64,000 nt of DNA from Thraustochytrium aureum. Lineage: Eukaryota. A program made the translations under genes and the position numbers. The stretch is from contig BLSG01000402.1 in NCBI GenBank assembly GCA_012862495.1, positions 50,146 to 114,145 on the forward strand, given 5' to 3'. Shown here piece after piece: positions 44,894 through 56,621 of this stretch. The stretch's first letter is position 1, and every line of letters begins with the position of its first letter. Below the pieces are notes generated by a model that did no database searches, had not been told where the DNA came from, and saw only the letters and a list, made by a program, of their open reading frames with translations.

Positions 44894-44917
44894 GCATTGG
44901 CGCGAGGTGCGCTCTCG

Positions 44918-47581
44918 CTATCCAACGACCGCCCCACCGTGCTCGACGTCATGGAATCGGTGCCGACAATGCGCACCATTGGCGACCCAGCAGGGCGCGC
45001 ATAGCGCCGGCGTCACGAGGTGGCCGTTTGCGACGTAGCGACAGTCGAGGCACCAACGATCAGCAAAGTCCACTTGGCACTTGGAGCAGGCCACAAACCC
45101 GAATGGGAAGACGGAAACTTCAGCCCCGGTGGCCGAGTTCCGATAGCAGATGGTGTTCTCAGCCTCGTCCAAGTGTATGGCCCAGTCTCGCGGTTTTCGG
45201 AGGTGGCGGCCATTGATGCAAGCTGTTCTCTGCTTGTGCTTGAGAAGCGCGGGCTGGTCCCAAGACCATGTGCCGTCGTTCGCGTTGAGCCAGTACGTTC
45301 GCGCCGTGTACGGGTCAACCCGCTCGTAGATGGCGTCGCGCAGGAGGGTGAAAACCGCTTGCCAGCCCTTCGTCTTTCTCCACTGGCTCTGGATCTTCCG
45401 GGCAGCAACGGCCTCGCGCTCTTTGCGGGCGCTTTTGACCAAGTCGCGCGTGGCGCGCAGCCTGCGCATGCTGCGCCACGCAACTTGAAGGGCCTGCGCG
45501 GCACGTGCCTCAGTGAGAGATGTTTTATACTCTTCTGCGCGCAGGTCGATCTCCTGGATCAAGCTCAACAAGGCCTGGTCGACGAGCTGCCAGGAGACGA
45601 GGTGAGTGACCAAAAAAGCGACAGTGAGCCTTTTATCCCCGGGCTCGAATTCGATCGTGCGGTCGTCTTGGCACACGAGCTTCAGAAAGCGCGTTTGGAG
45701 GTATGCTGCCGGAACCAGAATGAGCCGAAAGTCGTTGCCGCCCTCCTGTTGGGATTCGTTGCTGACAGTCGTCGCTCCCTGGTACGCCGGGTCAGGCAGA
45801 CGCGCTCCACCGAGGTGAGACGGGGACTCTTCTTCAGGTCTGTTCGCGCTTTGACACTCGCTGGATTCCGACGGCAGTGCCCCTGGCTCGGGCTCCACCT
45901 GGTGCTGCCCACCAAGCAGCTCGAGCAGCTCTTCCTGAATTGCGGTCAATTCAAGCGCGCGAACCTTGAGCGAGCTTCGAACACTCCGCGCGATCTTGGC
46001 TGCTTTATCGCGTGCCTCCTTTGAGTTGGCTTGCCGATCCTCGAGTTTTTTCCGTTCAGCATCCAATAGTTCTTGGCGCTTGTGCTGTCGCGCTTGTTCG
46101 AGTGAGCGCTCCTGCGCCGTGATGCGCTCTCGGCGCGCTCGGGCTTGTGCAGCGAGCGCGTGCTCGTCCTTGCGCCGAAGCCGCAGGGTTTCTGAAGCGC
46201 GGCTGAAGCGCACTTTGCTGTACTTGGTCGTCCGGCGCCGTTCGCGCGCGGCCTCGGCGGCTTGCTGGTCGACCCTTGTGCGGCGTCTCGCACTTTCCTC
46301 ATAGGCGTCTCGGATCGTCTCTTGTATGTACGCTTGAGACGCTGCCCTATCGCGCTCGCGTCGGCGCACGAGGGCCTCTTCTCGAGCAACACGAAGCAAG
46401 TTGTCGAACGCGCGACGGCCGAGCTTGTTCGCCCGAAACCCGTCAGCGACGACACGCTTGGCGAGCTCCTTTCTGTACAGGTTACTCCACGTCCAGAAGG
46501 CGCGCTCAAACGCCTGGCGAAGAATGCGCTCGCTGACGCGCACGATGATGCCCTCGAGCGACGCGAAGCACTCGCGGTACCGTGGAAAGCGCGACCGAAT
46601 AGCCAACTCGCGCTTAAGTCGGTGGAACGCGTGCATGGCAGTAAAGCGTGAGAAGCTGCGCTTGAGAAGCTGGAACCGCCTGTGCAAGGCAGCCTTGATC
46701 AGTCCGTGATATGCTCGCTGGCGCGCGCAGGCCCAAGCGTCTAATCGGGCGACGGCGTCCCGCAGCGCGCGCCGTCGAAAGTGTCGCGCGCCGTCGTTTT
46801 GCGCCAGTCGCTTGGCAACTCGCTCCTTGGCGCATGCGTGCCATCGAGCAAATAGCCTTGCTTCGCTGTGGCGGCGGGCTCTGCCCACGCAAGCTCGGGC
46901 GTGCACGAGGCGGGCGCGGCACATGCTCGACTGGACAGCCGTATGCTCGACGCAGAAGGTGACTTGCAACCTTTTTTCCTCTGGGAGGCAGCTGAAGAGG
47001 GCTTCGAGCAGCACCTGTCTGCGGGCCGAGTCGCCGACGAGGTTGGCCGTGAGCTGCTCGACGGAAATCCGCGCCTGGCCTTCATAGGTGCAGCGCGCGA
47101 GTGCATAGAGGCGTTCTGCCCAGCCGGCGTCGCTCGCCAGCACAAGCAGCAAACGCATCCAGTCACTGCGGCAAAGCCACCCGCGCCCGTCTGTGTCAAA
47201 CACGCCAAACAAGTCGCGAACGAGACGCTCTGGCTCGGTCAGACCGGGGCCGTACTCTAGGACAAGCAGAGCGGCGACGAGCTCGCGTACGTCTACGCAG
47301 CCGTCGTCAATAGGCTCAAGCTCCATAGCGCGGACCAGCTGTACAAGGAGCGGTTCAACAACCCCGGTTCCACGCATAAGCGAGCCAAGGCCCAGTAGGC
47401 TCGTCGAGACGGCGCAAAACTTGTCTTTGCTCAGTCTCGGGGACGTCATCGTCACCGCCGCCTTGCTCCGCCACTTCAAGTCCCGCACCGCGCCAGGGGC
47501 AGCTGCTTGGTGAACCCGGCGCCACAGCGTCCAGCGCCGCGCAAACCCATCGTGCATTTCGCTCTCAGCCAAGGCGCACTC
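44918..47581 (-). CDS. EF-hand / Sfi1-like repeat / coiled-coil / IQ / WW / B-box-like protein (upstream exon probably in gap)
   Basis: FGVFDTDGRGWL (EF-hand); repeats such as RLFARW, LLKRSFSRF, ERAFWTW and LGRRAFDNL; IQ motifs LQVAWRS and IQSQWRK; WW TYWLNANDGTWSWDQP; C-terminal CSKC..CLDC..CAPC..H..H. Candidate acceptor at 47582-47584 with a CTGAC branch site. Confidence 0.7.
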   Translation of the reverse strand, partial: ECALAESEMHDGFARRWTLWRRVHQAAAPGAVRDLKWRSKAAVTMTSPRLSKDKFCAVSTSLLGLGSLMRGTGVVEPLLVQLVRAMELEPIDDGCVDVRELVAALLVLEYGPGLTEPERLVRDLFGVFDTDGRGWLCRSDWMRLLLVLASDAGWAERLYALARCTYEGQARISVEQLTANLVGDSARRQVLLEALFSCLPEEKRLQVTFCVEHTAVQSSMCRARLVHARACVGRARRHSEARLFARWHACAKERVAKRLAQNDGARHFRRRALRDAVARLDAWACARQRAYHGLIKAALHRRFQLLKRSFSRFTAMHAFHRLKRELAIRSRFPRYRECFASLEGIIVRVSERILRQAFERAFWTWSNLYRKELAKRVVADGFRANKLGRRAFDNLLRVAREEALVRRRERDRAASQAYIQETIRDAYEESARRRTRVDQQAAEAARERRRTTKYSKVRFSRASETLRLRRKDEHALAAQARARRERITAQERSLEQARQHKRQELLDAERKKLEDRQANSKEARDKAAKIARSVRSSLKVRALELTAIQEELLELLGGQHQVEPEPGALPSESSECQSANRPEEESPSHLGGARLPDPAYQGATTVSNESQQEGGNDFRLILVPAAYLQTRFLKLVCQDDRTIEFEPGDKRLTVAFLVTHLVSWQLVDQALLSLIQEIDLRAEEYKTSLTEARAAQALQVAWRSMRRLRATRDLVKSARKEREAVAARKIQSQWRKTKGWQAVFTLLRDAIYERVDPYTARTYWLNANDGTWSWDQPALLKHKQRTACINGRHLRKPRDWAIHLDEAENTICYRNSATGAEVSVFPFGFVACSKCQVDFADRWCLDCRYVANGHLVTPALCAPCWVANGAHCRHRFHDVEHGGAVVG

Positions 47582-48377
47582 CTGCCACGCTCCGTGCTCT
47601 CACGTCAGAAGCCCGTGGGCCATGCCAGACGAGCGCGAGCAAGTCGGCCGACCAGGCTCCATCCACGCACAACCCCAGCCCGCCGACCCCAGGCAGTNNN
47701 NNNNNNNNNNNNNNNNNNNNNNNNNNNNNNNNNNNNNNNNNNNNNNNNNNNNNNNNNNNNNNNNNNNNNNNNNNNNNNNNNNNNNNNNNNNNNNNNNNNN
47801 NNNNNNNNNNNNNNNNNNNNNNNNNNNNNNNNNNNNNNNNNNNNNNNNNNNNNNNNNNNNNNNNNNNNNNNNNNNNNNNNNNNNNNNNNNNNNNNNNNNN
47901 NNNNNNNNNNNNNNNNNNNNNNNNNNNNNNNNNNNNNNNNNCCACCGCGACAGGCTGCTGACACTGCATCCCATCGGCGCACGCACGCACAGAGACCAAC
48001 GGCGTTCGCATTCGTTACCTCTTCACAATCGCGTAACGGACAAATATTCCTCGAAAGCGTTCCGCAGTCACTGGCGCTCAGGACCAGAACCGAGCAGCGG
48101 CAGGCGGGCAGACCCGCTTCGCGCCGCGCCACGCACGCATCGCGAGAGGTGGCTAGCTAGCTGCTCGGGCCGCAGGAGCGGGAGGTGTGCCTGCGTCCGC
48201 GCCAGCCAGCCTGGCCGTGCGTCGCGAGGGCGGTTGCTTGTTCTGCGCTCTGCGCGCGCGCGAGATCGCGGTGGGCTTGCTTCTGCTGGCCGTGGTGGTG
48301 GTGGTGGTGGTGGTGGTGGTGGTGTGTTTTGCTGAATTTGGTGCTGGTGTTGGAGCTGCTTCGGTGGGCAAGTCGCC

Positions 48378-51300
48378 ATGGATGAGGAGCGGCATGGAGA
48401 TGTGCTGGCGAGGTATCGCGCCGGTGGGAATGGCATGGACGATATTGCCCGCGCGGCCACGGTGGAGGCGCTCACGGAGGTGATCGTGGAGCGAAGGGCC
48501 GACGGCGAAAAGAAAGACTCGCCGCCAACGCCGACAGAGTACTTTGCGAGTATTATGACCGCGCTTCAAGGGCAGCGGGGGCCGCAGCGTGCCACCTTGG
48601 TGTTTCTTCTGTCGGTTGTACTCGTGGCGGTGCCGCGCGCGGTCATGCGGCTCAAGGGCGACGCCTGCCTGAGCGAGCTGATCACGATCCTGCACCAGGA
48701 GAGCGACGACGAGGAGCAGGACGACTCGCGCGCCATCCGGTACTGTTTGATGGCAGTAGGTATCGTACTTGGGGCGCAAGAGCCCTCCAAGAACACGTGG
48801 GACCGGCCGAAGAACTCGCAGGCGCTGCTATTGCTCGTCAACACCGCTGCGGACCCGCGACCCAAAGTTCGCAAGGTGGCGCAGCAGGCCGTGTCCCTGG
48901 TCCTTGGGGGCCAAGCGACCTGTACAACGCCATTCCGCATCCTTGCGCAGGCGAGTGCCAAAGCTCTCGCGCAGGCGAATGTCAGCGAGTGCACTCCAGC
49001 AATGCGGCTGGTCAGCTTCGTTGACGAATCTGTTCCCTCGCTTTGCCGAGGCTGCACCGGCAAAGACCTCGCCGCGCTCATCTTCGAACTGTGCAACTTG
49101 GTGCGACTCGGACACTCTCAGCTATTTTGCAACGCGTTGCACGCCGTCGAAACCTACGCGGAGCACGTGGGCACCGGGCGCGGCAACCAGGAAGAGCGCC
49201 TCAAGCGCTTGCAGGCTGTCGTGGAGCTGCTGGCGGGTTTCTCCAACGACACGCAGAAACTGCGCTTCATTGCGAGCGACGCCAACACGTGCCGCGCGTG
49301 GGCGAGCTGTCTCCGCATCTCCGAGACCGTGCTGTACACATTGTCTCAGGAAGGAGAAGGGGAGCTCAAGACGAGTTTGCCTCTGGTCGCGGATGCTCTC
49401 GTCACGTGCACGGCGTCGGGCGTTCGGATTGCTGCCGACGCCAACAAGCCCCCCACAGCCCAGCCGCAGGTCATCGTTTGCGTCAGCGCGCTGACACTCC
49501 TGATCCAGGGCCACTCGGAGCTGCGCCAGCGCTCGGCGCTTGTGGAAGGCCTCATGGACGCCATCGATCCCGTGTTCAGGCCGCAGTTCGAAGAGTCCTG
49601 GCCGGTAACCTTCGAGATTCTGCGCGCGTTCTTCGCAAGTCGCGGGCCTCAGCCCAACGACGAGGTCGTCGAAGCTTCAGATGCGCTCACGGCTCGCGAA
49701 GACGAGTGGGTCAGAAAGCTTGTCGGGATTCGTGAAAACGTAATCAACCCGGTGACGGGCCAGGACAAGCCGCGAATGGTAACGCGGTGGCGCTCTACGC
49801 TCGAGCGCGCTGTGGGGAGCGCGATCGCCGCTCTCGGCGTCGAGCGGGTGCTGAGCGCAGCGCCCCTTCGCGGCGACGCTGCTGAGGGCAACGGCTTGGC
49901 TCCTGTCCGCGCTTGGCTACTGCCACTCTTGCGCGACAACATCGCGTCCGGGGCCGCCGAGACGCGGCTCGAGTACTTTCGCTCTAGCATTCTCAGCGTC
50001 GCCCACGAAAGTGAGCAGCTTGCGGACGCAACCAAGGTGGGTATTCACTCCGCCAAGATGCTGCAAACGCGCTCGGCGCAGCTGTGGGCCTTGCTCCCTG
50101 CTTTCTGTGCGCGCGCCTCGGATGTCGCCGTTCCCGCGGGGTTCGCCTCGCTCGCCCCTGTGCTCGGACGCGCCCTGGAGGCTGGCAAGCCCGAAGAGCT
50201 CGTGGAGGTGATTTGCACGGGCCTCAAGTGTGTAATCGCTCGCGCTGCCGAGCTCGGCGGCGAAAGCGACATTGCCGCGGTGGGCGGATTCGCACGCAAC
50301 TTTTTACCTCTGCTCTTCAACCTGTACGACCAGCTCGCGACCGACAAGCAACAAGAGCGCGCAGACATGGTGCTCTCGGTCGTCTCGCAGTACACGCCGA
50401 TCGCCCCGGCCGACCTCGTAAACTCGCTGTTCCGCAGCCTCATGCAGCAGCTGATCGAGGCCTCCTCGGCGGTGCTGAAGGCGCCAAGGTCGAAGCCGTC
50501 GCGGAGTGCTTCGATCAGCAAGGGCGACGATGGCGGCGACTCTGACAGCGAGAGCGGCTCGGGTGCGAGCGACTCGGACGAGGCCGAGAGCGCGGACGAG
50601 TCGGCGTCGGAAGACGAAATGGATGTCGAGGTCAAATCTGAAGAGCACCGCAAGACCCTGGTGCTGTCGAGCCTTGCGGTTGTCCTCGTCCCCGGGCTTG
50701 ACGACGCGAGCGTCAACATGCTGTTTCGGGTGGTGCGCCCCTTCCTCGAAGAGGAGACCGACGGCGCGCTGCAGAAGCGCGGCTACCGTGTAGTCGAGGC
50801 GCTGTGCGAGCACCAAGTGGCTTGGGTGCTCGAGAAGCGAAGCGAGCTCCTGGGGCTGATTCGCAGCTCGTTTTTCGCATCCTCGGCAAGCTCAAGACGG
50901 CGCGACTCAAAGGCATGGGCCACATCGTGCGAGCCTTGCACTCGAGCGAGTCTTCGCTAAGCCCTGAGGCGGTGACCGAGGTGGTGGCCGACCTGGTTGG
51001 CGAAGTCGTGCTCTGCACGAAGGAGACAAACAACAAAGCGCGTTCTGCTGGGTACAAGCTCGTGGGCGGGCTGGGCAAGTGCATGGAGGCTGTGTACGCG
51101 CGCGCGGCGGAAGGCCAGGCGGAGGCCGAGGCAGAGCCCGAGGGCGAGAGTGCGGCTTCGACCGCTGGTGACGCGGGCGTACGGCAGTACCTGATGATGC
51201 TCGTGGCCGCGTTGGCGGCCAAGACGCCGCACATGCGCAGCGCGGTGATCAACGCGCTTTGCCACGTGTACGGCGAGTTTGGCAAGCGCAAGGGGCTTCA

Positions 51301-52405
51301 GGAAGATTTCGTCAGCATCGCGCAAGCCACGCTTGTGCTGCTGAATGAAAAGAGCCGCGAGGTGGCAAAGTCGGGTATCGGGTTTGCCAAAGTGTGCTCG
51401 ATTCGCCTGCCAGTGCAGACAGTGGGGTTGCTCTTGGAGGACCTCCTGTCTGCTCTTTTGCCATGGGCCAACGACTCGAAGAACCGGTTCTCGATGCGGA
51501 TCCGCGTCATCCTCGAGCGGCTCACCAAGCGGCTCGGCGCGGACGCCATCTACAAGTGCAACGTTATCCCGGAAGACCACAAGCTGCTCGCGTACATCCG
51601 CAAGCAGACGGCGTACCGGAAGCGGCGCTACGAGCGGCGCGCGGCCGAGGGCAGCGAGGGCGCAAAGAGCCAGGGCAAGAAGGGGCGGTCAAGGCGCGGC
51701 CGGGCCGGGGACAACTCGGGTGAGGACGAGGACGGCAGCAGCGACGAAGAAATTGTCGACGCTGCTGCCGCCGGGCGCCGAGGCCGGGGCCGGGGCGCCA
51801 AGGGCACTGGCCGCGAGGAGGAGATTGTCATGGACGAGGGCGGCGACGCCATCGACCTTCTCGGCGCCAGCGCGCTCGGCAGAGTCAAGCGCTCGTCGCG
51901 CGGGGCGGAAAAGAGCGACAAGCCAAACAGGGGCTTCAAGTTGTCCGCGGACGGCCGCCTTGTGATCCCCGGAGCCGACGACGAGGCTGCGGGGCAGAAC
52001 GACGACGACGACAACGACGACAACGACGACGGGTTTGGCCGCGGGACGCGAAAGCGCGGTCGCCGCTACGCCTCGAGCGACGAGGAAGACGAGGGCGAGG
52101 ACATCAACAAGGGCCGCCGCGGGGGGGCAAACGCGGACGCCGGCGCCAGGCGCCAGCAGCAAGCGCTCGGCAGTGAGTACAAGTCCAAAAAGGCTGGGGG
52201 CGACATGAAGAAGAAGAAGGCCAAGTTCGAGCCCTACGCGTACATCCAGCTGGACCCGAAGATGCTCAACAAGCGGCGGCGCCACGAATCGGGTAGGCAG
52301 TTCCGCGGGATCTCTGGGAAGAACTTTGCCGAGAAGGGCACGGCGACGGAGGCCAAGAAAAACAGGAACAAGACCAAGTCTTCGCGGCGCGGGGGCCGCC
52401 GTTGA
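48378..52405 (+). CDS. RRP12: RRP12 ribosome biogenesis HEAT-repeat protein; apparent frameshift ~50893
   Basis: PTEYFA, DPRPKVRK, RAWLLPLLRD, QLWALLPAFC, FARNFLPLLFNLY, LQKRGYR, EVVLCTKE, TPHMRSA and GSEYKSKKAGGDMKK...FEPYAYIQLD. Confidence 0.93.
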
Positions 52406-52601
52406 GCGCTTTCGCGGGGAAGGCTCGGCCGCGAGAGCCTCGGGCTATCTTTTATTTGGCGCTCGCTGTTGTTGATCGGACGAAATGCGGAGCGGCGTTG
52501 ACGTCAAGTCGCAAGTAGAATACAATCTGCAACATGTTCCTCCGCTTTTTTTCCGTTTATGATGCCTTCCGCCGCGCTACAACAACGCACCACCGCGAGC
52601 C

Positions 52602-53900
52602 TCAGAGCAACGCTTCGCCTTCGTCGCTGCTGTCGCGGTCGCGCCGCACCACGAACGGGGCGCTCTCGCCACGGGCGCTCGGATCGTCGTCCTGGCTAGC
52701 GAAGAAATCGAACGGATTGTCCATCTCAATCGGGCTTGTTGCACGCGCTGCGGCGCGAGGTGGGCTGGCGTTGGCCGCTTTTGCCGGCGGCGCTGGTGGC
52801 GGCGCGCTGAACAGGTCGACCTCACCAGCGCCAGCAGGCGCAGCCGAGAGCTGCACGCTCGCATGCGCGCTAGCGGATTGAGAAGCGCCGAGGTTCGCGC
52901 GAGGCCCCTCCTTCGGTGCTCGTAGCTTTGGCACCGTCGGCGCCCCGATCGATTCAACGCGTGGCGTTGGAGCCGCGAAGCGCGGCTCGCGGCCCTCGAG
53001 CCTGTCCACGGTGGAGCAGAGCCGGTCGTTTATTTTGAGGCAGTCCGCCAAGAACGCGTCGCTCAGCAGCCCGCGCGCGCTTGCGTCTATCAGGTCCACA
53101 ATGCGGGGCTTGCACTGCAGGAGAAAGTCGAGGACATCGAGCACCTCGTCGGAAATCAGCGCGACAGACTCGTCCCCCAAGAGGTGGTCGGCGACGTCGA
53201 GCTTGCACCCGAGCATCATGAGGTCGTGTTCTAGTTTCTCGACCTCCTCCGCGCGGATCGTCCTCGGGCCGACCGACCTCGGCGCGCGGCGCGGCGCGGC
53301 AAGAAGGACAGGGTCTGCGCTCGCGCTGCCAACAATGTTCATATCGAGATCGGGCCCGCGGCCCGCGCTTGGTGGCGAGCCAGATTCCTGCACTGGAAAA
53401 ATCACGCCCTGGCGAACGAGCCGAGCGTAGGTGGTGTAGAACGCAGGGTACGCGGCGCTCTGCGCCTGAAAGTCCTGGCCGAGCTCTTGGATCAGGCGGA
53501 GCGCCTCTTGTTCGATTTTAAGCCACTCGTTGCTGCGCTGGAACAGCGTGGTGGCAGGGCTTCGCTCGCCGAGGCTAGCCAGCGCGGCCATCGGCTCCGC
53601 ATGCCCGCTCGCCAGCGCTCCGAGGAGTTGCGCGTTGCCATTCTTCGCGCAAGCCCTGAGGAGTTCGATTGCCAGGGCCGCCACCTTCGGTTTGCGTGTC
53701 CGTAGCCTGCGCTCCAAGCAGGCAGCAACCGCGGCGGCGTGGGCTTGCGACGCGTTTCCAAAGTCACAAACCTCCAAGTTGGCGCCCCAGTCGGGGGCGT
53801 TCAGCAGTTCGTGCGTCGCCCTCTCCACGATGGGCCATGCTCCGCTGCCTCGCATCAGCGCGCATTCCCCGTCAGCCCGCCCGCCGTTCCCGTGAGCCAT
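52602..53900 (-). CDS. VHS-GAT domain protein (TOM1/TOL-like)
   Basis: VERATHELLNAPDWGANLEVCD...LLRACAKN (VHS) and DVLDFLLQCKPRIVDLI...CLKINDRL (GAT); C-terminal NPF and acidic dileucine motifs. Confidence 0.85.
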   Translation of the reverse strand: MAHGNGGRADGECALMRGSGAWPIVERATHELLNAPDWGANLEVCDFGNASQAHAAAVAACLERRLRTRKPKVAALAIELLRACAKNGNAQLLGALASGHAEPMAALASLGERSPATTLFQRSNEWLKIEQEALRLIQELGQDFQAQSAAYPAFYTTYARLVRQGVIFPVQESGSPPSAGRGPDLDMNIVGSASADPVLLAAPRRAPRSVGPRTIRAEEVEKLEHDLMMLGCKLDVADHLLGDESVALISDEVLDVLDFLLQCKPRIVDLIDASARGLLSDAFLADCLKINDRLCSTVDRLEGREPRFAAPTPRVESIGAPTVPKLRAPKEGPRANLGASQSASAHASVQLSAAPAGAGEVDLFSAPPPAPPAKAANASPPRAAARATSPIEMDNPFDFFASQDDDPSARGESAPFVVRRDRDSSDEGEALL

Positions 53901-54899
53901 TTGGCAAGCAAAACATCCGCTCCGACGTCGGCCATCATCACCAGCGCACCGAAATCGCCGCAGGCAAGGACCAAAAAACAACGAGAGAAGGGAGCGCGGG
54001 CGCCGCAACCGCAGAACAACTCACCTCCGCTCTGCAGCGCCGTGCCCGCTGCTGCTGCCGCCCGACAGCCACGCGCCCAGCGCCTCCATCCCGCCCGCTC
54101 CTGCCCTTTTGCTCCATTGTCCCAGGCACAAGGTGCTCGCTTGCGACGAACCCGTTGCTTACGCGGTAGCCTACAATTTACGTGTTAATTACAGAAGCAG
54201 CAGGAAGCGCCTTGTGGGCGTGCGTGGGAGCCGAGCGAGGTGAAGGCGCTTTGTTGTTGCATGGTGGCTGCTGGGCCTGCCGGCAGGAGGGCAAGTGGCA
54301 CCCTATGCGCGCGGCTCTCTCTCTCGAGCTCCGTTTTGCGTTTGGCGACGATGAACAGCTGTCGCTATACAAATAGATGAACGAAAGGCACATGCTCGAG
54401 GCCGCTCAGGCGATCGGATCGCGGCTGCTGCTCGGCCGTAAGTGCGTCTACGTGCGGGTCTACGCGCGGCGTCCACGTGCGTAAACGCGTGCGTGCGTGG
54501 ATCATCGCGACGCGACGCGACACGCCGGCAGCAACGAAAGCAGCGCCAAGGAATTCCATGCGAAGATGGACGCTGCTGGGTCGGTAACTTTCAACGGCTC
54601 TACCGGCATGCTCAGTGTGACGGAGTCGTGTTCGCCATCCTCGCGAGCGTAGCGGCGGCGATTTGAACGGGACGAGCAAACGAGAATGCCGCTGGGGCGG
54701 CCGGCGGTCGAGCGCCTCGTGCCAGGCGCTGCGGTGGTCGTCGCGTGCCATACGTGACCCAATACCTCGCGCCAGACCTTGACTCCTGCCGTGCAGACAG
54801 GTCCAAATATAGCGCTCCCGACTTGATCACCTGCCTCGCGGCGCAAGGCGCGGTCGTCGCTTGCAGCTGCTAGTGCGAGCGCTGGGCGGCGACCGGGTC

Positions 54900-56477
54900 A
54901 TGGAGAGTAGGAACTGCGAGCAGGATGTGTTGGCAGAGGTGGCTGAGGCCACTGACGGGGCACGCGAGGTTGGCTCTGCTGGCGTGCTGCGGCTCCCGTC
55001 GCTGGAAATGTTTTACCTGTCGCCGTACTTGACGTGCGGGGAGTGCAATGGGCTCGCATTTATTGACGCAAGGGTGGTTCGCACGGCGCTGATCAAGCTC
55101 CACGACAAGGCCCTCATTGAAGCCGCCACGACGGCGCGGCCAAGCGAATCAGGCGAGTCGAGCGAGTCTGATTCTGAAGGGCCCGAACCAGAGGCTGGCT
55201 CGACAGGCGCAGAGAAGGCGGTGCAAGGGTCTGGAAGGGGCAAGGCGCGAAAGACCTCGGTCCTTCCTACAAGTACCACGCACCACCGTTTGCGCGCCGA
55301 TCGAGAGATCGACAGGGTTTTTGGACTCCGTTTGGAAGCCCTTCCACGGTGCCCCGGCTGCAGGCGGACGCACACCTGGCAAGTGGGCGCTCTTGACTTG
55401 ACCTCACAGATCGCGGGCAACAAGAAGGAGCGCCGGCGACAACGACGGCTGCAGCACCTCGCCACAATTCGCATCCAGGCCGTCGCGCGAGGTATCCGAG
55501 GCCGTCAACACGCCGCCCGAGTGCGACGCGAAAAGGAAGAGCGAGACGCATGGCTCGCCTACAACGCAAGCAAGATTGCCGCGGTGGCTCGGGGCCGGCT
55601 TGACAGGCGAGCCGCGCGCGTTGAGCGGAGCCTGAGGCGCATCCACGGCACCCACCCGACGGTGATGAGCGAGGCGCTCCGGCCCTGGAAGGGGGTGCGC
55701 GTGTTTTGGTACAAGCGGCCCGAAGAGCTGAAGATGCTGCACCGCAACTACCGCCTCCTCGTGGAGCGCACAGGAAACGACCCGCCGCTCTTGCGCGTGG
55801 AGCGCAACATCAATACAGTCGCTGAGCGCGTGCACCTCATTGAGTGCCGGCGCGCCGCCGTCGTGCAAAAGCGCGTGCGGGGCATGATCGGCCGCAAGTT
55901 TATTCGCCAGTATCGCGTCGAGCGTACGTACCAGACGGCCAAGCGCTGTAGCGCCGCGTTTCGCTTGCAGCGCGCTTATCGCGTGTGGACCGCGCGGCGG
56001 CGCGTGGCGGCACTCCGCGAGGAGCGCACCAAGGCCCAGCTTCGAGTCCAGTATTTGGCGGAGAGGAGCGAAGGGCGGCGGCAGCGCGAGGAGGCCGCAA
56101 GAAAGGCCAAGCTCTTGGCGAGCTACGTGCGCGAGGTCCAGGTCGACCGCCTTGGCCGGCGCCTCAGCAAGGCTCGACGCGACCTCCCGGCGGTCTCACG
56201 AGCCGTCCTGACGACGCGGGCTGGTCTAAAGCTCGATGAGCACCAGCGCGAGGTACTCGCATCATCCCGCTCCGAGTCGTTGGAACGCGCGGAGCGCGCC
56301 AAGTTCATTGCTGCAAAGACCAGGGAGAACCCGGTGTACAGGGCCTACTTTGCGGATCCACGCGGCGAGCGCCGTTTGAAGGCCGCGGACGAGCTGGCCG
56401 CCTTCAACAAGTTGCGCAGCCTCAAGCACCTGCCGCGCGTCGGGCCCGGGGCGCGCCACTCGGGCGTGCATCCCTAG
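54900..56477 (+). CDS. IQ calmodulin-binding protein with split CxxC...CxxC motif
   Basis: IQAVARGIRGR, IAAVARGRLDR, VQKRVRGMIGR and LQRAYRVWTAR; CGEC and CPGC pairs. Confidence 0.75.
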   Translation: MESRNCEQDVLAEVAEATDGAREVGSAGVLRLPSLEMFYLSPYLTCGECNGLAFIDARVVRTALIKLHDKALIEAATTARPSESGESSESDSEGPEPEAGSTGAEKAVQGSGRGKARKTSVLPTSTTHHRLRADREIDRVFGLRLEALPRCPGCRRTHTWQVGALDLTSQIAGNKKERRRQRRLQHLATIRIQAVARGIRGRQHAARVRREKEERDAWLAYNASKIAAVARGRLDRRAARVERSLRRIHGTHPTVMSEALRPWKGVRVFWYKRPEELKMLHRNYRLLVERTGNDPPLLRVERNINTVAERVHLIECRRAAVVQKRVRGMIGRKFIRQYRVERTYQTAKRCSAAFRLQRAYRVWTARRRVAALREERTKAQLRVQYLAERSEGRRQREEAARKAKLLASYVREVQVDRLGRRLSKARRDLPAVSRAVLTTRAGLKLDEHQREVLASSRSESLERAERAKFIAAKTRENPVYRAYFADPRGERRLKAADELAAFNKLRSLKHLPRVGPGARHSGVHP

Positions 56478-56621
56478 GCCCGGCCACCTCAGGTTGGAGC
56501 AAGCAGTGCAACAGCGACCTCTCCAGTTCTCTAGAGTAGGGTACTTTTTGCTATCGAGCGGGGGGAAACAAAGGACAAGCATGTGACAACCTACGAGGAC
56601 TCGGAGCCCCTCCTCTCTCGC

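Noticed and set aside
48378..52405. RRP12, glutamate kinase, FARAT, PDE and SPX-EXS as pseudogenes
   Set aside because: Each has only a single 1-nt break with intact motifs on both sides; sequencing error is more parsimonious.
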